64,000 nt of DNA. Source: Cellulomonas sp. 73-92. Its GTDB lineage: Bacteria; Actinomycetota; Actinomycetes; Actinomycetales; Cellulomonadaceae. The number at the start of each line of letters is the position of its first letter. Within the stretch, counting starts at the first letter, position 1. Below are positions 10,685 to 21,166 of the stretch, piece after piece. The notes under the pieces were generated by a model that saw only the letters and a program-made list of their open reading frames with translations, had not been told where the DNA came from and did no database searches. Location: the NCBI RefSeq assembly GCF_001898175.1, contig NZ_MKTH01000006.1:15100-79099 (forward strand), given 5' to 3'. Position numbers and translations under genes: made by a program.

Positions 10685-12078
10685 CCTCCGGCGCGGACGC
10701 GACGGGCGCCCGCCACCTGTCCCTCTGGTGGGACCAGGTCGCGTCCCAGGCTCCCGACGAGCTCCTCGAGCGGCCGCCCCTGGACGGCGACACCACCGCC
10801 GACGTCGTCGTCGTCGGCGCCGGGCTGACCGGCCTGTGGACCGCCTACTACCTGCACGAGGCCGACCCCTCGCTCGACGTGCTGGTCGTCGAGCAGGAGG
10901 TCGCCGGGTTCGGCGCGTCCGGGCGCAACGGCGGGTGGTGCTCGGCGCGGCTCCCCCAGTCGCCCGAGGCGCTGGCACGCCGCCACGGCCGGGACGCCGC
11001 CCTGGCGCTCCGCGCGGCGATGCGCGACACCGTGGTGGAGGTGGGCGGCGTCGCGCGCGCCGAGGGCATCGAGTGCGGGTTCGCGTACGGCGGGACGGTC
11101 ACCCTCGCGCGGAACGTCGCCCAGCTCGAGCGCGTCCGTGCCGAGGCGGCCGGCGCCGGGCAGTGGGGCGACGAGGAGCACCCGCTCGACGCCGAGGGCG
11201 TCGCGGCGCACGTGCGGGCCTCGGGGGTGCTCGGCGGGTCCTGGACGCCCGACTGCGCCCGTGTCCAGCCGGTCGCCCTCACCCGCGGGCTCGCGCGCGT
11301 CGTCGAGGGCCGCGGGGTGCGGATCGCGGAGCGCACCCGGGTGCTGCGCCTCTCCCCGCGCGCCGTCGTCACCGACCGGGGGACGGCCCGGTCGCGCTGG
11401 ATCGTCCGGGCGACGGAGGCGTGGACGGCGCAGCTGCCCGGCTCCCGGCGCGAGATCGCACCGGTGTACTCGCTGATGATCGCCACCGAGCCGCTGCCCG
11501 CCGAGGTCTGGGCCCAGGTGGGGCTGGAGCGGGCCGAGACCTTCACCGACGGCCGCCACCTCACCATCTACGGCGCACGGACGCCCGACGACCGGCTGGT
11601 CCTCGGCGGCCGCGGCGCCCGGTACCACGCCGGCTCGTCGATCTCTCCGTCGTTCGACCGTGCCACGCGCGGCCACGAGCGGCTGCGCCGCACGCTCGTC
11701 GAGCTGTTCCCGGCGGTGGCGGGCGCCGCGATCACCCACCGCTGGGGCGGTGCCCTCGGCGTGCCACGCGACTGGCACGCGTCCGTCGGGCTGGACGCCG
11801 CCACCGGGATCGGCTGGGCCGGTGGCTACGTGGGCGACGGGGTCGCCGCGGCCAACCTCGCCGGGCGCACCCTGGCCGACCTCGTCACGGGTGCCGACAC
11901 GCCCCTCGCGCGCCTGCCGTGGGTCGGGCACCGGTCCCCCCACTGGGAGCCGGAGCCGGTTCGCTGGGCGGAGATCGCCGCGACGGCGCGGGCGACGGCC
12001 CTCGCGGACCGCGAGGAGCGCCGCACCGGCCGGTCGAGCCGCGTCGCGGCGCTCGTCGCGCCGCTGCTAGGGCGCTGA
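10681..12078 (+). CDS. FAD-dependent oxidoreductase (DAO family, amine/gamma-glutamylamine oxidase-like)
   Basis: The GTG at 10681 overlaps the Lrp stop (GTGA). It has a dinucleotide fold DVVVVGAGLTGLWTAYYL and EQEVAGFGASGRNGGW. This is the in-frame tail of track ORF 10075..12078. Confidence 0.85.
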   Translation: MTSGADATGARHLSLWWDQVASQAPDELLERPPLDGDTTADVVVVGAGLTGLWTAYYLHEADPSLDVLVVEQEVAGFGASGRNGGWCSARLPQSPEALARRHGRDAALALRAAMRDTVVEVGGVARAEGIECGFAYGGTVTLARNVAQLERVRAEAAGAGQWGDEEHPLDAEGVAAHVRASGVLGGSWTPDCARVQPVALTRGLARVVEGRGVRIAERTRVLRLSPRAVVTDRGTARSRWIVRATEAWTAQLPGSRREIAPVYSLMIATEPLPAEVWAQVGLERAETFTDGRHLTIYGARTPDDRLVLGGRGARYHAGSSISPSFDRATRGHERLRRTLVELFPAVAGAAITHRWGGALGVPRDWHASVGLDAATGIGWAGGYVGDGVAAANLAGRTLADLVTGADTPLARLPWVGHRSPHWEPEPVRWAEIAATARATALADREERRTGRSSRVAALVAPLLGR

Positions 12079-12117
12079 CACCTCGCGCGAGCGCCGGCGG
12101 GGCGTCAGGATCGGCGC

Positions 12118-12477
12118 ATGGGCGAGGTCACGGACTACGTCGGGAGCCTGGACGGCGCCGAGCGCGCCGCGGTGGCGCGGGTGATCGAGCGGGCGCGCCG
12201 GCTGGTGCCGGACGCGCAGGAGGGCCGCAGCTACGGCATGCCGGCGCTGCGCCACCGCGGTCGGCCGCTCGTCGCCGTCGTGGCGACGCGGTCCCACCTC
12301 GCGCTCTACCCGTTCAGCTCGGCCGTCATCGACGCCCTGTCCGGCGAGCTGGCGGCGTTCTCGCCGTCGAAGGGCACCATCCGGTTCCAGCCGACGACGC
12401 CGCTGCCCGACGACCTCGTCGACCGGATCGTCCTCGCGCGCCGCGACGAGATCGACGTGAGCCTGGCGCGCCGCTGA
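12118..12477 (+). CDS. DUF1801 (YdhG-like) domain protein
   Basis: VTDYVGSLDGAERAAVARVIERARRLVPDAQEGRSYGMPALRHRGRPLVAV...LALYPFS matches DUF1801 architecture. Confidence 0.75.
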   Translation: MGEVTDYVGSLDGAERAAVARVIERARRLVPDAQEGRSYGMPALRHRGRPLVAVVATRSHLALYPFSSAVIDALSGELAAFSPSKGTIRFQPTTPLPDDLVDRIVLARRDEIDVSLARR

Positions 12478-12484
12478 TCCCCGT

Positions 12485-12513
12485 GGGCGCCACCGGCCCG
12501 CCCGGTGGCGCCC
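12485..12513 (+). terminator. perfect 12-bp GC hairpin after the DUF1801 gene (no U tract)
   Basis: GGGCGCCACCGG-cccgc-CCGGTGGCGCCC begins 8 nt after the stop at 12477. Confidence 0.5.
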
Positions 12514-12567
12514 ACCGGTCGGCTGGGTCACGGTGGACCCACTCGACCGCCTCCGGAGGGATGACCC

Positions 12568-13158
12568 ATGGGCCGCTTCGTGTACTGGATGAACGTGTCG
12601 CTCGACCTGCGGATCGAGGCGACCGCCGGCGAGAACGGCGGTGGCAGCTGGCTGCGGATCGGCGAGGCGCTGCACCGCGAGTTCAACGCGCGGGCGCGGG
12701 CGCTGTCGCTCGGCGTCGAGGGGCGCGTGATCTACGAGGTGATGGAGCGGTACTGGCCCGCGGCGCGGCACGACGAGTCCCTGTCCGACGTGCTGCGCGA
12801 GTACGGCGAGATCTGGACCGACATGCCGAAGGTGCTCGTCTCGCGGACGCGGCGCAGCGCCGACCACCACACCCGCGTCGTGGGCGGCGACGACGCGATC
12901 GCGCAGCTCGCGGCGCTCCGCGCCTCCACCGAGGGTGACATCGGCGTCGGCGGTGCGAACCTGGCCACCCAGCTGCTGGAGGCGCACCTGCTCGACGAGC
13001 TGATGCTGTTCACCCACCCCGTCGTGCTCGGTGCCGGCCGGCCGCTCTTCGACCGGTTGGCCGAGCCGCTGCAGCTCGACCTCCTCGAGCAGGCGACGTA
13101 CGAGGACGACGTCACGCTGCACCGGTACGCCGTGCGGGGCGCCCAGCCCATGGGCTGA
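12568..13158 (+). CDS. dihydrofolate reductase-like (RibD C-terminal domain) family protein
   Basis: MGRFVYWMNVSLDLRIE...YEVMERYWP...GDIGVGGANLATQLLEAHLLDELMLFTHPVVLGAGRPLF shows the RibD_C signature. Confidence 0.8.
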   Translation: MGRFVYWMNVSLDLRIEATAGENGGGSWLRIGEALHREFNARARALSLGVEGRVIYEVMERYWPAARHDESLSDVLREYGEIWTDMPKVLVSRTRRSADHHTRVVGGDDAIAQLAALRASTEGDIGVGGANLATQLLEAHLLDELMLFTHPVVLGAGRPLFDRLAEPLQLDLLEQATYEDDVTLHRYAVRGAQPMG

Positions 13159-13166
13159 GCCGCCGG

Positions 13167-14324
13167 CTACCGCCGGGCGAGCAGCTCGTCGGCCCGCGTG
13201 CGGGCCCACCGCTCGGCGGCGAGCACCGCGTCCAGGTCGGCGCCGCTCGCCACGTGCTCGTCGAGCACGCGCTCGACCGTCCCGACGATGTCGAGGAAGC
13301 CGATGCGCCCGGCGAGGAACGCCCCGACCGCCTGCTCGTTCGCCGCGTTGTACACGGCCGGGTGCGTCGGCGACGCCGCCAGCGCCGCACGGGCGAGCCG
13401 GACCGCGCCGAACGCCTCCTCGTCGAGCGGCTGGAAGGTCCAGGACGCCGGCGCCGTCCAGTCGCACGCCGGCACCACCGGGTCGAGCCGGTCCGGCCAC
13501 GCCAGCCCGAGCGCGATCGGCAGCCGCATGTCGGGCGGCGAGGCCTGCGCGATCGTCGAGCCGTCGACGAACTCGACCATCGAGTGCACCACCGACTGCG
13601 GGTGCACCACCACGACGATGTCGTCCGCCGGCACGTCGAACAGCAGGTGCGCCTCGATGAGCTCGAGGCCCTTGTTGACCATGGTCGCGGAGTTGATCGT
13701 CACGACCGGCCCCATCGACCACGTCGGGTGGGCGAGGGCCTGCGCCGGCGTCGCGGCCTTCCGCTCGTCGAGCGTGCTGCCCCGGAACGGGCCGCCGCTC
13801 GCGGTCAGCACCAGGCGGCGCACCTCGGCGTGCGTGCCGGACCGCAGCGCCTGCGCGATCGCCGAGTGCTCCGAGTCGACCGGCACGATCTGGTCCGGCC
13901 GCCGCCGCGCGGCGCGGACGAGGTCACCGCCGACGACGAGGGACTCCTTGTTCGCCAGCGCGAGCGTCGAGCCGGCGGCCAGCGCCGCCAGCGTCGGCCG
14001 CAGCCCGACCGACCCGGTGATGCCGTTGAGGACGACGTCCGCGCCGATGTCGGCGAGCTCGCTCGCCGCGTCCGGCCCCGCGAGCACGCGGGCCGACGAA
14101 CCGGCGTCCGCCAGGGCGTCGCGCACCCGCGCCGCCGCCGCCACGTCGGACACCGCGACCGTCGCCGCACCGAACGCCAGGGCCTGGCGCACCACGAGGT
14201 CGACCTGGCCGCCCCCCGCCGCCAGCCCGACCACGTCGAACCGCTCCGGGTGGCGCGCCACGACGTCGAGCGCCTGCGTGCCGATCGAGCCGGTCGACCC
14301 GAGGAGCACCACCGACCGGGTCAT
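13167..14324 (-). CDS. dxr: 1-deoxy-D-xylulose 5-phosphate reductoisomerase
   Basis: [18 protein letters not shown]...LANKESLV...PVDSEHSAI...NKGLELIEA are canonical Dxr motifs. Confidence 0.95.
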   Translation of the reverse strand: MTRSVVLLGSTGSIGTQALDVVARHPERFDVVGLAAGGGQVDLVVRQALAFGAATVAVSDVAAAARVRDALADAGSSARVLAGPDAASELADIGADVVLNGITGSVGLRPTLAALAAGSTLALANKESLVVGGDLVRAARRRPDQIVPVDSEHSAIAQALRSGTHAEVRRLVLTASGGPFRGSTLDERKAATPAQALAHPTWSMGPVVTINSATMVNKGLELIEAHLLFDVPADDIVVVVHPQSVVHSMVEFVDGSTIAQASPPDMRLPIALGLAWPDRLDPVVPACDWTAPASWTFQPLDEEAFGAVRLARAALAASPTHPAVYNAANEQAVGAFLAGRIGFLDIVGTVERVLDEHVASGADLDAVLAAERWARTRADELLARR

Positions 14325-14331
14325 GAGGTCC

Positions 14332-14874
14332 TCACTCGACGCCGAGCAGCACCTCGACGGCGCGCCCGCAGAAGGCGTCGACCGACGCCTCGTCGTAGCC
14401 GTCCTTGCCGTTGCGGCGGCGGAACGTCGCGGTGCGCACCTCGGCGGCCGTCAGCGGCGTGCCGCTGTCGAAGTACGCGACGAGGCGGTGGCACAGCGCG
14501 TCGACGTCCGCCGGCTCGTAGCCCTGCGCCCGCCCGGAGGGTGGCGCGAACCGGTCGCCGTCGGGCCGACCGAGCCGCCCGTAGAGCGTGCGCGCCTGCT
14601 CGCCGAGCTGGGCGAGCCACGCCTGCTGGCCGCGCTGCGCGATGAAGTCGGCGCGGGCGCGGGCGACGAACGCGGCCTCGAGCCGGTCGAGCGCCGCGTC
14701 GACGGCGGCGGTGACGTACCCGCCACGCACCATGTCGAACGACACCCGGCGCACGTCCTTGCCGGTCAGCGCGCCGCCGGGCCCGGCCTCGTACATCTGC
14801 CGGGCGTGCGCGAAGAACTCGTCCACCTCGTCGGGGTCGTAGCCGTGCCGCACGCTGGACACGGTGCGGAACAT
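14332..14874 (-). CDS. DivIVA-motif repeat protein (180 aa)
   Basis: The start is the ATG at 14874 ([21 protein letters not shown]), inside track ORF 14332..15759. There are four GY-x4-VD-x-[FAL] DivIVA-N-like motifs. Confidence 0.8.
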   Translation of the reverse strand: MFRTVSSVRHGYDPDEVDEFFAHARQMYEAGPGGALTGKDVRRVSFDMVRGGYVTAAVDAALDRLEAAFVARARADFIAQRGQQAWLAQLGEQARTLYGRLGRPDGDRFAPPSGRAQGYEPADVDALCHRLVAYFDSGTPLTAAEVRTATFRRRNGKDGYDEASVDAFCGRAVEVLLGVE

Positions 14875-14882
14875 CCCGTCGC

Positions 14883-16061
14883 TCACTGCGTCTCCTCCTC
14901 GACTGCACGCCGGCGTGCGGTCGCTCGCATCGCCCGGACCTCGGACTCGTCGGCGGCCAGCTGCCCGCACGCCCCGTCGATCTCGCTGCCCCGCGTGTCG
15001 CGGACCGTCGTCGGGATGCCGTGCGCCCGCAAGCGTGCCACGAACTCCGCCTCCACCGCGGGATCGCTCGCCGTCCAGCGCGAGCCCGGGACGGGGTTCA
15101 TGGGGATGGGGTTGCAGTGCACCCAGTGCTTGCCGCGGGCGAGCAGCTTCTCGGCGAGGAGGTCGGCCCGCCACGCGTGGTCGTTGACGTCGCAGATGAG
15201 CGCGTACTCGATGGACACCCGCCGGCCGGTGGCCTGGAAGTAGCGGTGGGCCGCGTCCAGCGCCTCGTCGACCGACCACCGGGTGTTGACCGGCACGAGC
15301 TCGCTGCGCAGCTCGTCGTCCGGCGCGTGCAGCGACAGCGCGAAGGTGACCGGCAGCCCCTCGCCCGCGAGCCGGTCGATCGCCGGCACCAGGCCGGCCG
15401 ACGACACCGTCACGTTCCGCGCCGAGATGCCCAGGCCGTCCGGCGCCGGGTCGATGATCCGGTGCACCGCGCCGAGCACGGCGTTGTAGTTCGCCAGCGG
15501 CTCGCCCATGCCCATGAAGACGACGTTCGACAGCCGCGTCGGCCCGCCCGGCAGGTCGCCGTCGGCCAGGGAGCGGGCCGCGACCCGCACCTGCTCGACG
15601 ATCTCGGCGGTCGACAGGTTGCGCGTCAGGCCCATCTGCCCGGTGGCGCAGAACGCGCAGGCGAGGCCGCAGCCGACCTGGCTCGACACGCAGAGCGTGG
15701 ACCGCCCCGGGTAGCGCATGAGGACCGACTCGACGAGCGCGTGGTCGAACATGCGCCACAGCGTCTTGACGGTGGTCCCCCGGTCGGCCGTCAGGGTGCG
15801 GACCTTGTCCAGCAGCGGCGGGAACAGCGCCTCCGCGAGGGCGCCACGGGCAGCGGCCGGCACGTCCGTCATCGCGCCGGTGTCCGCGGTCAGGTGCGTG
15901 TAGTAGTGGGTGGCGACCTGCTTGGCGCGGAACGCCGGCAGCCCGAGCTCGGTGACGGCCGCCGCCCGCTCGTCGGGCCCCAGGTCGGCGAAGTGCCGCG
16001 GCGGCTTGCCCCGCGGCCCGCGGGCGGGCGACGACAGGTCGAGCCGCACCGACGTGCTCAC
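14883..16061 (-). CDS. rlmN: 23S rRNA/tRNA A2503/A37 C2-methyltransferase, radical SAM
   Basis: The GTG at 16061 overlaps the cdsA stop (GTGA). It has a CxxxCxxC cluster ([17 protein letters not shown]), GMGEPLAN, and a C-terminal ACGQL. Confidence 0.93.
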   Translation of the reverse strand: MSTSVRLDLSSPARGPRGKPPRHFADLGPDERAAAVTELGLPAFRAKQVATHYYTHLTADTGAMTDVPAAARGALAEALFPPLLDKVRTLTADRGTTVKTLWRMFDHALVESVLMRYPGRSTLCVSSQVGCGLACAFCATGQMGLTRNLSTAEIVEQVRVAARSLADGDLPGGPTRLSNVVFMGMGEPLANYNAVLGAVHRIIDPAPDGLGISARNVTVSSAGLVPAIDRLAGEGLPVTFALSLHAPDDELRSELVPVNTRWSVDEALDAAHRYFQATGRRVSIEYALICDVNDHAWRADLLAEKLLARGKHWVHCNPIPMNPVPGSRWTASDPAVEAEFVARLRAHGIPTTVRDTRGSEIDGACGQLAADESEVRAMRATARRRAVEEETQ

Positions 16062-16897
16062 GAGGCCGGCACCAGGATCGTCAGGACGAGCCACACCGCG
16101 GGCGCCGTCAGCAGCAACGAGTCGAGGCGGTCCAGCAGCCCGCCGTGGCCCGGCAGCAGGTGCCCCATGTCCTTCAGGCCGAGGTCGCGCTTGAGCATCG
16201 ACTCCGACAGGTCGCCGAGGGTCGCGGTCGCCACCGTCGCCAGGCCGAGCACGACGCCGACGACCGGCTGCGCGTGGAACGCCACCTGCGCGCCGACTAC
16301 GCCGACGACGCACGCGAGCACGACCGAGCCGGCCAGCCCCTCCCACGTCTTCTTCGGGCTGACGGACGGGGCCATCGGGTGCCGGCCGAGCAGCACCCCG
16401 ACGGCGTAGCCGCCGGTGTCGGACGCGACGCCGAGCAGGACGAAGAGCGCCACCCGCGCCTCGCCGTCGGGCGCGGCCAGCATGAGCAGGGCGAACCCGG
16501 CCAGGAAGGGCAGGTAGGCGGTGGCGAACGCCGACGCCCCGGCGTCGCGCAGCGCGGGCCGTCCGGAGCCGTCCAGCACGCGCCAGACGACCGTGCCGCC
16601 GACCGTCAGCAGGAACGCGACGACGAGCGCCTCGGCCCCGGTCGTGTACGCCGAGACGAGGATGCCGACCGTGCCGACGAGCAGCGGCACCAGCGGCAGG
16701 TGCACGTGCGTGCGCGCGAACGCGCGGGCCAGCTCCCACATCGCCCCGCACACCGCGAGGATCACCAGGCCCGCGAACACGTCCTTGCGGATGAACAGCG
16801 CCGCAGCGACGGCCGCGAGCATGCCCAGGCCGACCGCGACCGCCACGGGCAGGTCACGGCCGGGGTTGGGGGTCCGGGCGGGGGCGAGCTGCGTCAT
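16058..16897 (-). CDS. cdsA: phosphatidate cytidylyltransferase
   Basis: This is a polytopic membrane protein with the CDS signature [28 protein letters not shown]. Confidence 0.9.
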   Translation of the reverse strand: MTQLAPARTPNPGRDLPVAVAVGLGMLAAVAAALFIRKDVFAGLVILAVCGAMWELARAFARTHVHLPLVPLLVGTVGILVSAYTTGAEALVVAFLLTVGGTVVWRVLDGSGRPALRDAGASAFATAYLPFLAGFALLMLAAPDGEARVALFVLLGVASDTGGYAVGVLLGRHPMAPSVSPKKTWEGLAGSVVLACVVGVVGAQVAFHAQPVVGVVLGLATVATATLGDLSESMLKRDLGLKDMGHLLPGHGGLLDRLDSLLLTAPAVWLVLTILVPAS

Positions 16898-17454
16898 CAG
16901 ACCTCGAGCAGCTCGCTCTCCTTGGCGGCCAGCAGGTGGTCGACGAGGTCGACGTGCTTCTTCGTCAGCGCGTCGAGCTCCTTCTCCGCGCGGACCACGT
17001 CGTCCTCGCCGGCCTCGCCGTCCTTGACGATGCGGTCCAGCTGCTCCTTGGCGTGCCGGCGCACGCCGCGCACCACCACGCGGGCGTCCTCGGCCTTCGC
17101 CTTCGCCAGCTTGACGTAGTCCTTGCGCCGCTCCTCGGTGAGCTGCGGCAGGACGATTCGGATGACGCCGCCGTCGTCGGTCGGGTTCACCCCCAGGTCG
17201 GAGTCGCGGATCGACTTCTCGATCGCGCGCAGCGAGGACTTGTCGTACGGGCTGATGAGCACCGTGCGCGCCTCGGGGATGTTGAACGAGGCCAGCTGCT
17301 GCAGCGGCGTGGGGGTGCCGTAGTAGTCCACGTGCAGCTTGGAGAACATCGCGGCGTTCGCACGGCCGGTGCGGATCGTCGCGAACTCCTCCTTGGCGAA
17401 CTCGATCGCCTTGTCCATCTTCTCCTCGGCCTCGAGGAGGGTGTCGTCGATCAC
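16897..17454 (-). CDS. frr: ribosome recycling factor
   Basis: The GTG at 17454 gives a 185-aa protein [37 protein letters not shown]...[11 protein letters not shown]. Its stop overlaps the cdsA ATG by 1 nt (TGATG). Confidence 0.95.
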   Translation of the reverse strand: MIDDTLLEAEEKMDKAIEFAKEEFATIRTGRANAAMFSKLHVDYYGTPTPLQQLASFNIPEARTVLISPYDKSSLRAIEKSIRDSDLGVNPTDDGGVIRIVLPQLTEERRKDYVKLAKAKAEDARVVVRGVRRHAKEQLDRIVKDGEAGEDDVVRAEKELDALTKKHVDLVDHLLAAKESELLEV

Positions 17455-17518
17455 GCCGAGCTCCTTCGTGCTGTGCGATCGGTTGAGAGAGCGACGCTCA
17501 CGGTCGCCTGGCGCCGGG

Positions 17519-18259
17519 TCAGCGCGCGGTGACCAGCGTCCCGATCCTCTCACCCTCGAGCGCCCGGGTGACGTTCCCCGGCTCCTCGAGCCCGAAGACG
17601 ACCATGGTCACGTCGTTGTCGCGGCACATGGACAGCGCCGTCGCATCCATCACCTCGAGGCCCTTCACCAGCGCCTCGGTGTACGTGAGGTGCTCGAGCC
17701 GGACGGCGTCCGGGTCGCGGCGGGGGTCGGCGCTGTAGACCGCGTCCACGCCGTTCTTGCCCATGAGCACCTCGTCGCAGTGCGTCTCGAGGGCGCGCTG
17801 CACGGAGACGGTGTCGGTGGAGAAGTAGGGCATCCCGGCGCCGGCGCCGAAGATGACGACGCGGCCCTTCTCCAGGTGCCGGATGGCCCGCAGCGGGATG
17901 TACGGCTCCGCCACCTGGCCCATCGCGATCGCGGTCTGCACCCGCGTGTGCACGCCGGCCTGCTCGAGGAAGTCCTGCAGCGCCAGGCAGTTCATCACCG
18001 TGCCGAGCATGCCCATGTAGTCGGCGCGGGCACGGTCCATCCCGTTGGTCGCCAGCTCGGCGCCGCGGAAGTAGTTGCCGCCGCCGACGACGATCGCCAC
18101 CTGGACGCCGGCCCGCACCGCGACGGCGATCTCCGTGGCGATGCGCCGCACCACGCCGATGTCCACGCCGACCGCTCCCCCGCCGAACGCCTCCCCGGAG
18201 AGCTTGAGGAGCACCCGTCGCGCGGGTGCGGATGGGGTCTGCGGGCTCTCGGCGGTCAC
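17519..18259 (-). CDS. pyrH: UMP kinase
   Basis: [14 protein letters not shown]...[13 protein letters not shown]...[11 protein letters not shown]...[17 protein letters not shown]. The start is set at GTG 18259 within ORF 17519..18385. Confidence 0.93.
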   Translation of the reverse strand: MTAESPQTPSAPARRVLLKLSGEAFGGGAVGVDIGVVRRIATEIAVAVRAGVQVAIVVGGGNYFRGAELATNGMDRARADYMGMLGTVMNCLALQDFLEQAGVHTRVQTAIAMGQVAEPYIPLRAIRHLEKGRVVIFGAGAGMPYFSTDTVSVQRALETHCDEVLMGKNGVDAVYSADPRRDPDAVRLEHLTYTEALVKGLEVMDATALSMCRDNDVTMVVFGLEEPGNVTRALEGERIGTLVTAR

Positions 18260-18341
18260 GGGTCCTCCACGCTCGGCGTCGTACGGCGGGTGCAGCCCCG
18301 CGCGGCGGCCCCGGGCTGTGGGGCCACCGCGCGGTGCCGGC

Positions 18342-19187
18342 TCAGGCGCCCACGCGGTAGCGGGCGAAGCCGGTGACCGAGCCACCGACCTCGGCCAGCA
18401 CCTGCTGGACCGACTTCTTCGGGTCCTTGGCGAACGCCTGGTCGAGCAGCACGTTCTCCTTGAAGTACCCGACGAGGCGACCCTCGACGATCTTCGGCAG
18501 CGCGGCCTCGGGCTTGCCCTCGTTGCGGGCCGTCTCCTCGGCGATGTGCCGCTCGCTGGCCACGACCTCCTCGGGCACCTCGTCGCGCGACAGGTACGTC
18601 GGCGAGTAGGCGGCGATGTGGGTCGCGATGTCGCGGGCCACCGAGGCGCCCGCCGCGTCGGTGGCGACGAGCACGCCCACCTGCGGGGGCAGGTCCTTGT
18701 TCACCTTGTGGAGGTAGACGTCGACGTGCTCGCCGGCGACACGCGTCACGCGCCGCACGACGACCTTCTCGCCGAGCGTCGCCTGCACCTCGTCGACGGC
18801 GCCCTGGACCGTGGTCCCGTCGGTGTCGGCCGCGACGAGCGCGTCGGCGTCCGCGGCGCCGGAGGCCACCGCGGCGGCCAGCACGCGGTCCGCCAGCGCG
18901 AGGAACGGGCCGCTCTTGGCGACGAAGTCCGTCTCCGAGTTGATCTCGACGAGCACGCCGACCTCGCCGTCACCGGACGCGAGCGGGACGACCGTGGCCG
19001 CCACCAGCCCGTCCGAGGCCGCGCGGCCCTCGCGCTTGCCGATGCCCTTGAGGCCCTTGACCCGGATGATCTCCTCCGCCTTGGCGGAGTCGCCGCCGGC
19101 CTCCTCGAGCGCCTTCTTGACGTCGAGCATCCCGGCGCCCGTCTTCTCGCGCAGCGCCTTGAGGTCCGCCACCGAGTAGTTCGCCAT
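18342..19187 (-). CDS. tsf: translation elongation factor Ts
   Basis: [33 protein letters not shown] is the UBA-like N-domain, followed by the EF-Ts dimerisation core. Confidence 0.95.
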   Translation of the reverse strand: MANYSVADLKALREKTGAGMLDVKKALEEAGGDSAKAEEIIRVKGLKGIGKREGRAASDGLVAATVVPLASGDGEVGVLVEINSETDFVAKSGPFLALADRVLAAAVASGAADADALVAADTDGTTVQGAVDEVQATLGEKVVVRRVTRVAGEHVDVYLHKVNKDLPPQVGVLVATDAAGASVARDIATHIAAYSPTYLSRDEVPEEVVASERHIAEETARNEGKPEAALPKIVEGRLVGYFKENVLLDQAFAKDPKKSVQQVLAEVGGSVTGFARYRVGA

Positions 19188-19235
19188 CAGTCCTGTCCCA
19201 TCCTGTCGTGCGGTCTGTGGGTGATCAGCGCGTGA

Positions 19236-20171
19236 TCAGCGCTCGGTGCCGTCGGTCTCGTCGGCGATCGCCTCGGCGACCTCGTCGGCCACCGGCTCGA
19301 CGACCGACTCGACGACCGGCTCGGCGGCCGGCTCGACGACCGGCTCGGCCTCGGGCTCGGCGGACTGCGCCGTCTCGGCCGCGGCGTCGGCCTCGGCACC
19401 GGCGAGCAGCTCCCGCTCCCACTCGGCCAGGGGCTCCGCCTCGGCGGCGGTCTCGCCCTCGGCGGCCGCGCTCGCGCCGGAGTGGCGCTTGAGCAGGCCG
19501 TCGGCGACGGCGTCGGCGACGACGCGGGTGAGCAGCTGGACGGCGCGGATCGCGTCGTCGTTGCCCGGGATCGGGTAGTCGACCTGGTCGGGGTCGCAGT
19601 TGGTGTCGAGGATCGCGACGACCGGGATGCCCAGCTTGCGCGCCTCGTCGACCGCCAGGTGCTCCTTGTTGGTGTCGACGATCCACACCGCGGACGGCAC
19701 CTTGGCCATGTCACGGATGCCGCCGAGGGTGCGGGCGAGCTTGTCCTTCTCGCGGCGCAGGACGAGCAGCTCCTTCTTCGTCAGGCCCGAGGCCGCGACG
19801 TCGTCGAAGTCGATCTGCTCCAGCTCCTTGAGCCGCTGCAGCCGCTTGTGGACCGTGGTGAAGTTGGTGAGCATGCCGCCCAGCCAGCGCTGGTTGACGT
19901 AGGGCATGCCGACCCGCGCGGCCTGCTCGGCCACCGGCTCCTGCGCCTGCTTCTTGGTCCCGACGAAGAGCACCGACCCGCCGTGGGCGACCGTCTCCGA
20001 GACGAACTCGTAGGCACGGTCGATGTAGGTGAGCGACTGCTGCAGGTCGACGATGTAGATGCCGTTGCGCTCGGTGAAGATGAAGCGCTTCATCTTGGGG
20101 TTCCAGCGGCGGGTCTGGTGCCCGAAGTGGACACCGCTCTCCAGCAGCTGGCGCATGGTCACGACGGCCAT
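19236..20171 (-). CDS. rpsB: 30S ribosomal protein S2 with acidic Ala/Glu/Pro-rich C-terminal tail
   Basis: The ATG at 20171 gives [43 protein letters not shown]. The tail is ...[28 protein letters not shown]. Confidence 0.95.
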   Translation of the reverse strand: MAVVTMRQLLESGVHFGHQTRRWNPKMKRFIFTERNGIYIVDLQQSLTYIDRAYEFVSETVAHGGSVLFVGTKKQAQEPVAEQAARVGMPYVNQRWLGGMLTNFTTVHKRLQRLKELEQIDFDDVAASGLTKKELLVLRREKDKLARTLGGIRDMAKVPSAVWIVDTNKEHLAVDEARKLGIPVVAILDTNCDPDQVDYPIPGNDDAIRAVQLLTRVVADAVADGLLKRHSGASAAAEGETAAEAEPLAEWERELLAGAEADAAAETAQSAEPEAEPVVEPAAEPVVESVVEPVADEVAEAIADETDGTER

Positions 20172-20648
20172 GGCACGTCCTTCCGGCGCGGTCCCGGCTG
20201 GCGCCGGAGGCACGCGCACTCGTGCGGATCCCCGTCGTGGACGGGTCCCGCGGCTCGGTTGTCGGAGCCGGCCGGGTGGCCAGCTCCCCTGGCGCCTGCC
20301 GGGGCCCGCGCCGGGTGGGAACCCGGACCGCTGCGGACGACGGCCCCGTGCCGCACGCACGAGGCGGGCGGGACGGGAGGTGACGCGCGAAGTCGACCGG
20401 CTCGCACCGGTCGCCAGCACACTCTACCGGACACCCGCCCTGGTCCCGTGCCATCGGCGGGCCCGGCGGCGGCGCCGCCAGCCGACCCCAGCCCGGCCCC
20501 GGCACGGCCTCGTCCACCGGCGTGCGCCCCGCCGCCAGGCGCGCCCCGCCGCACCGTGCAGTCTCGCCCGGTGCACGCCAGCCGCGGCCCCGCCGCCACC
20601 CGCCCGCCCACTGCCAGCGGGCCTGTCGCCCGGCCGACCCGGCGGGCG

Positions 20649-21164
20649 ATGTGCGCCTGGCTCACCGTCGCACTGACGCTGCTCGTCGCCGGCGCCGCCT
20701 CGGCCCCCTCCGGTCCGGCGACCGCCGCGGCGGGGCCGTCACCGGTCGTCGTCCGCTACCGCGCACCCACCGCGCTCCCGGTGCGCCTGGTCCGCGGGTT
20801 CGCCGCTCCGCCGCAGCGCTGGGCGGCCGGGCACCGCGGCATCGACCTCGCCCTGGACCCGGGCTCCCCCGTGCTCGCGCCGGCGGCGGGGACGGTGGCC
20901 GTCGCCGGCTGGGTCGTCGACCGCGGGGTCGTGACGATCGTCCACGGTGACGGCCGGCGCAGCAGCCTGGAGCCCGTGAGCCCGACGGTCGTCGTCGGCG
21001 CGCGGGTGGCGGCGGGCGAGGTCGTCGCGACGCTGTCCGACGGTCGCTCGCACTGCGCGGGCGCGTGCCTGCACTGGGGCGTGCGGCAGGGCCTGGACTA
21101 CCTCGACCCGCTCACGCTCCTGCCGGACGGCGGCCCCGTGGTGCTGCTGCCGGACGGCCGGTGA
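20649..21164 (+). CDS. secreted M23 (LytM-type) metallopeptidase
   Basis: The ATG at 20649 gives a signal-like MCAWLTVALTLLVAGAASA. It has HRGIDLA...GTVAVAG...IVHGDG...HWGV, the HxxxD / HxH-type M23 motifs. This is the in-frame tail of ORF 19482..21164. Confidence 0.85.
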   Translation: MCAWLTVALTLLVAGAASAPSGPATAAAGPSPVVVRYRAPTALPVRLVRGFAAPPQRWAAGHRGIDLALDPGSPVLAPAAGTVAVAGWVVDRGVVTIVHGDGRRSSLEPVSPTVVVGARVAAGEVVATLSDGRSHCAGACLHWGVRQGLDYLDPLTLLPDGGPVVLLPDGR

Positions 21165-21166
21165 GC

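Noticed and set aside
20172-20648. Possible ydaO/c-di-AMP riboswitch upstream of the M23 cell-wall peptidase
   Set aside because: I could not find the conserved ydaO core motifs or its pseudo-twofold architecture by eye on the plus strand. A covariance-model search would be needed, so I make no claim.
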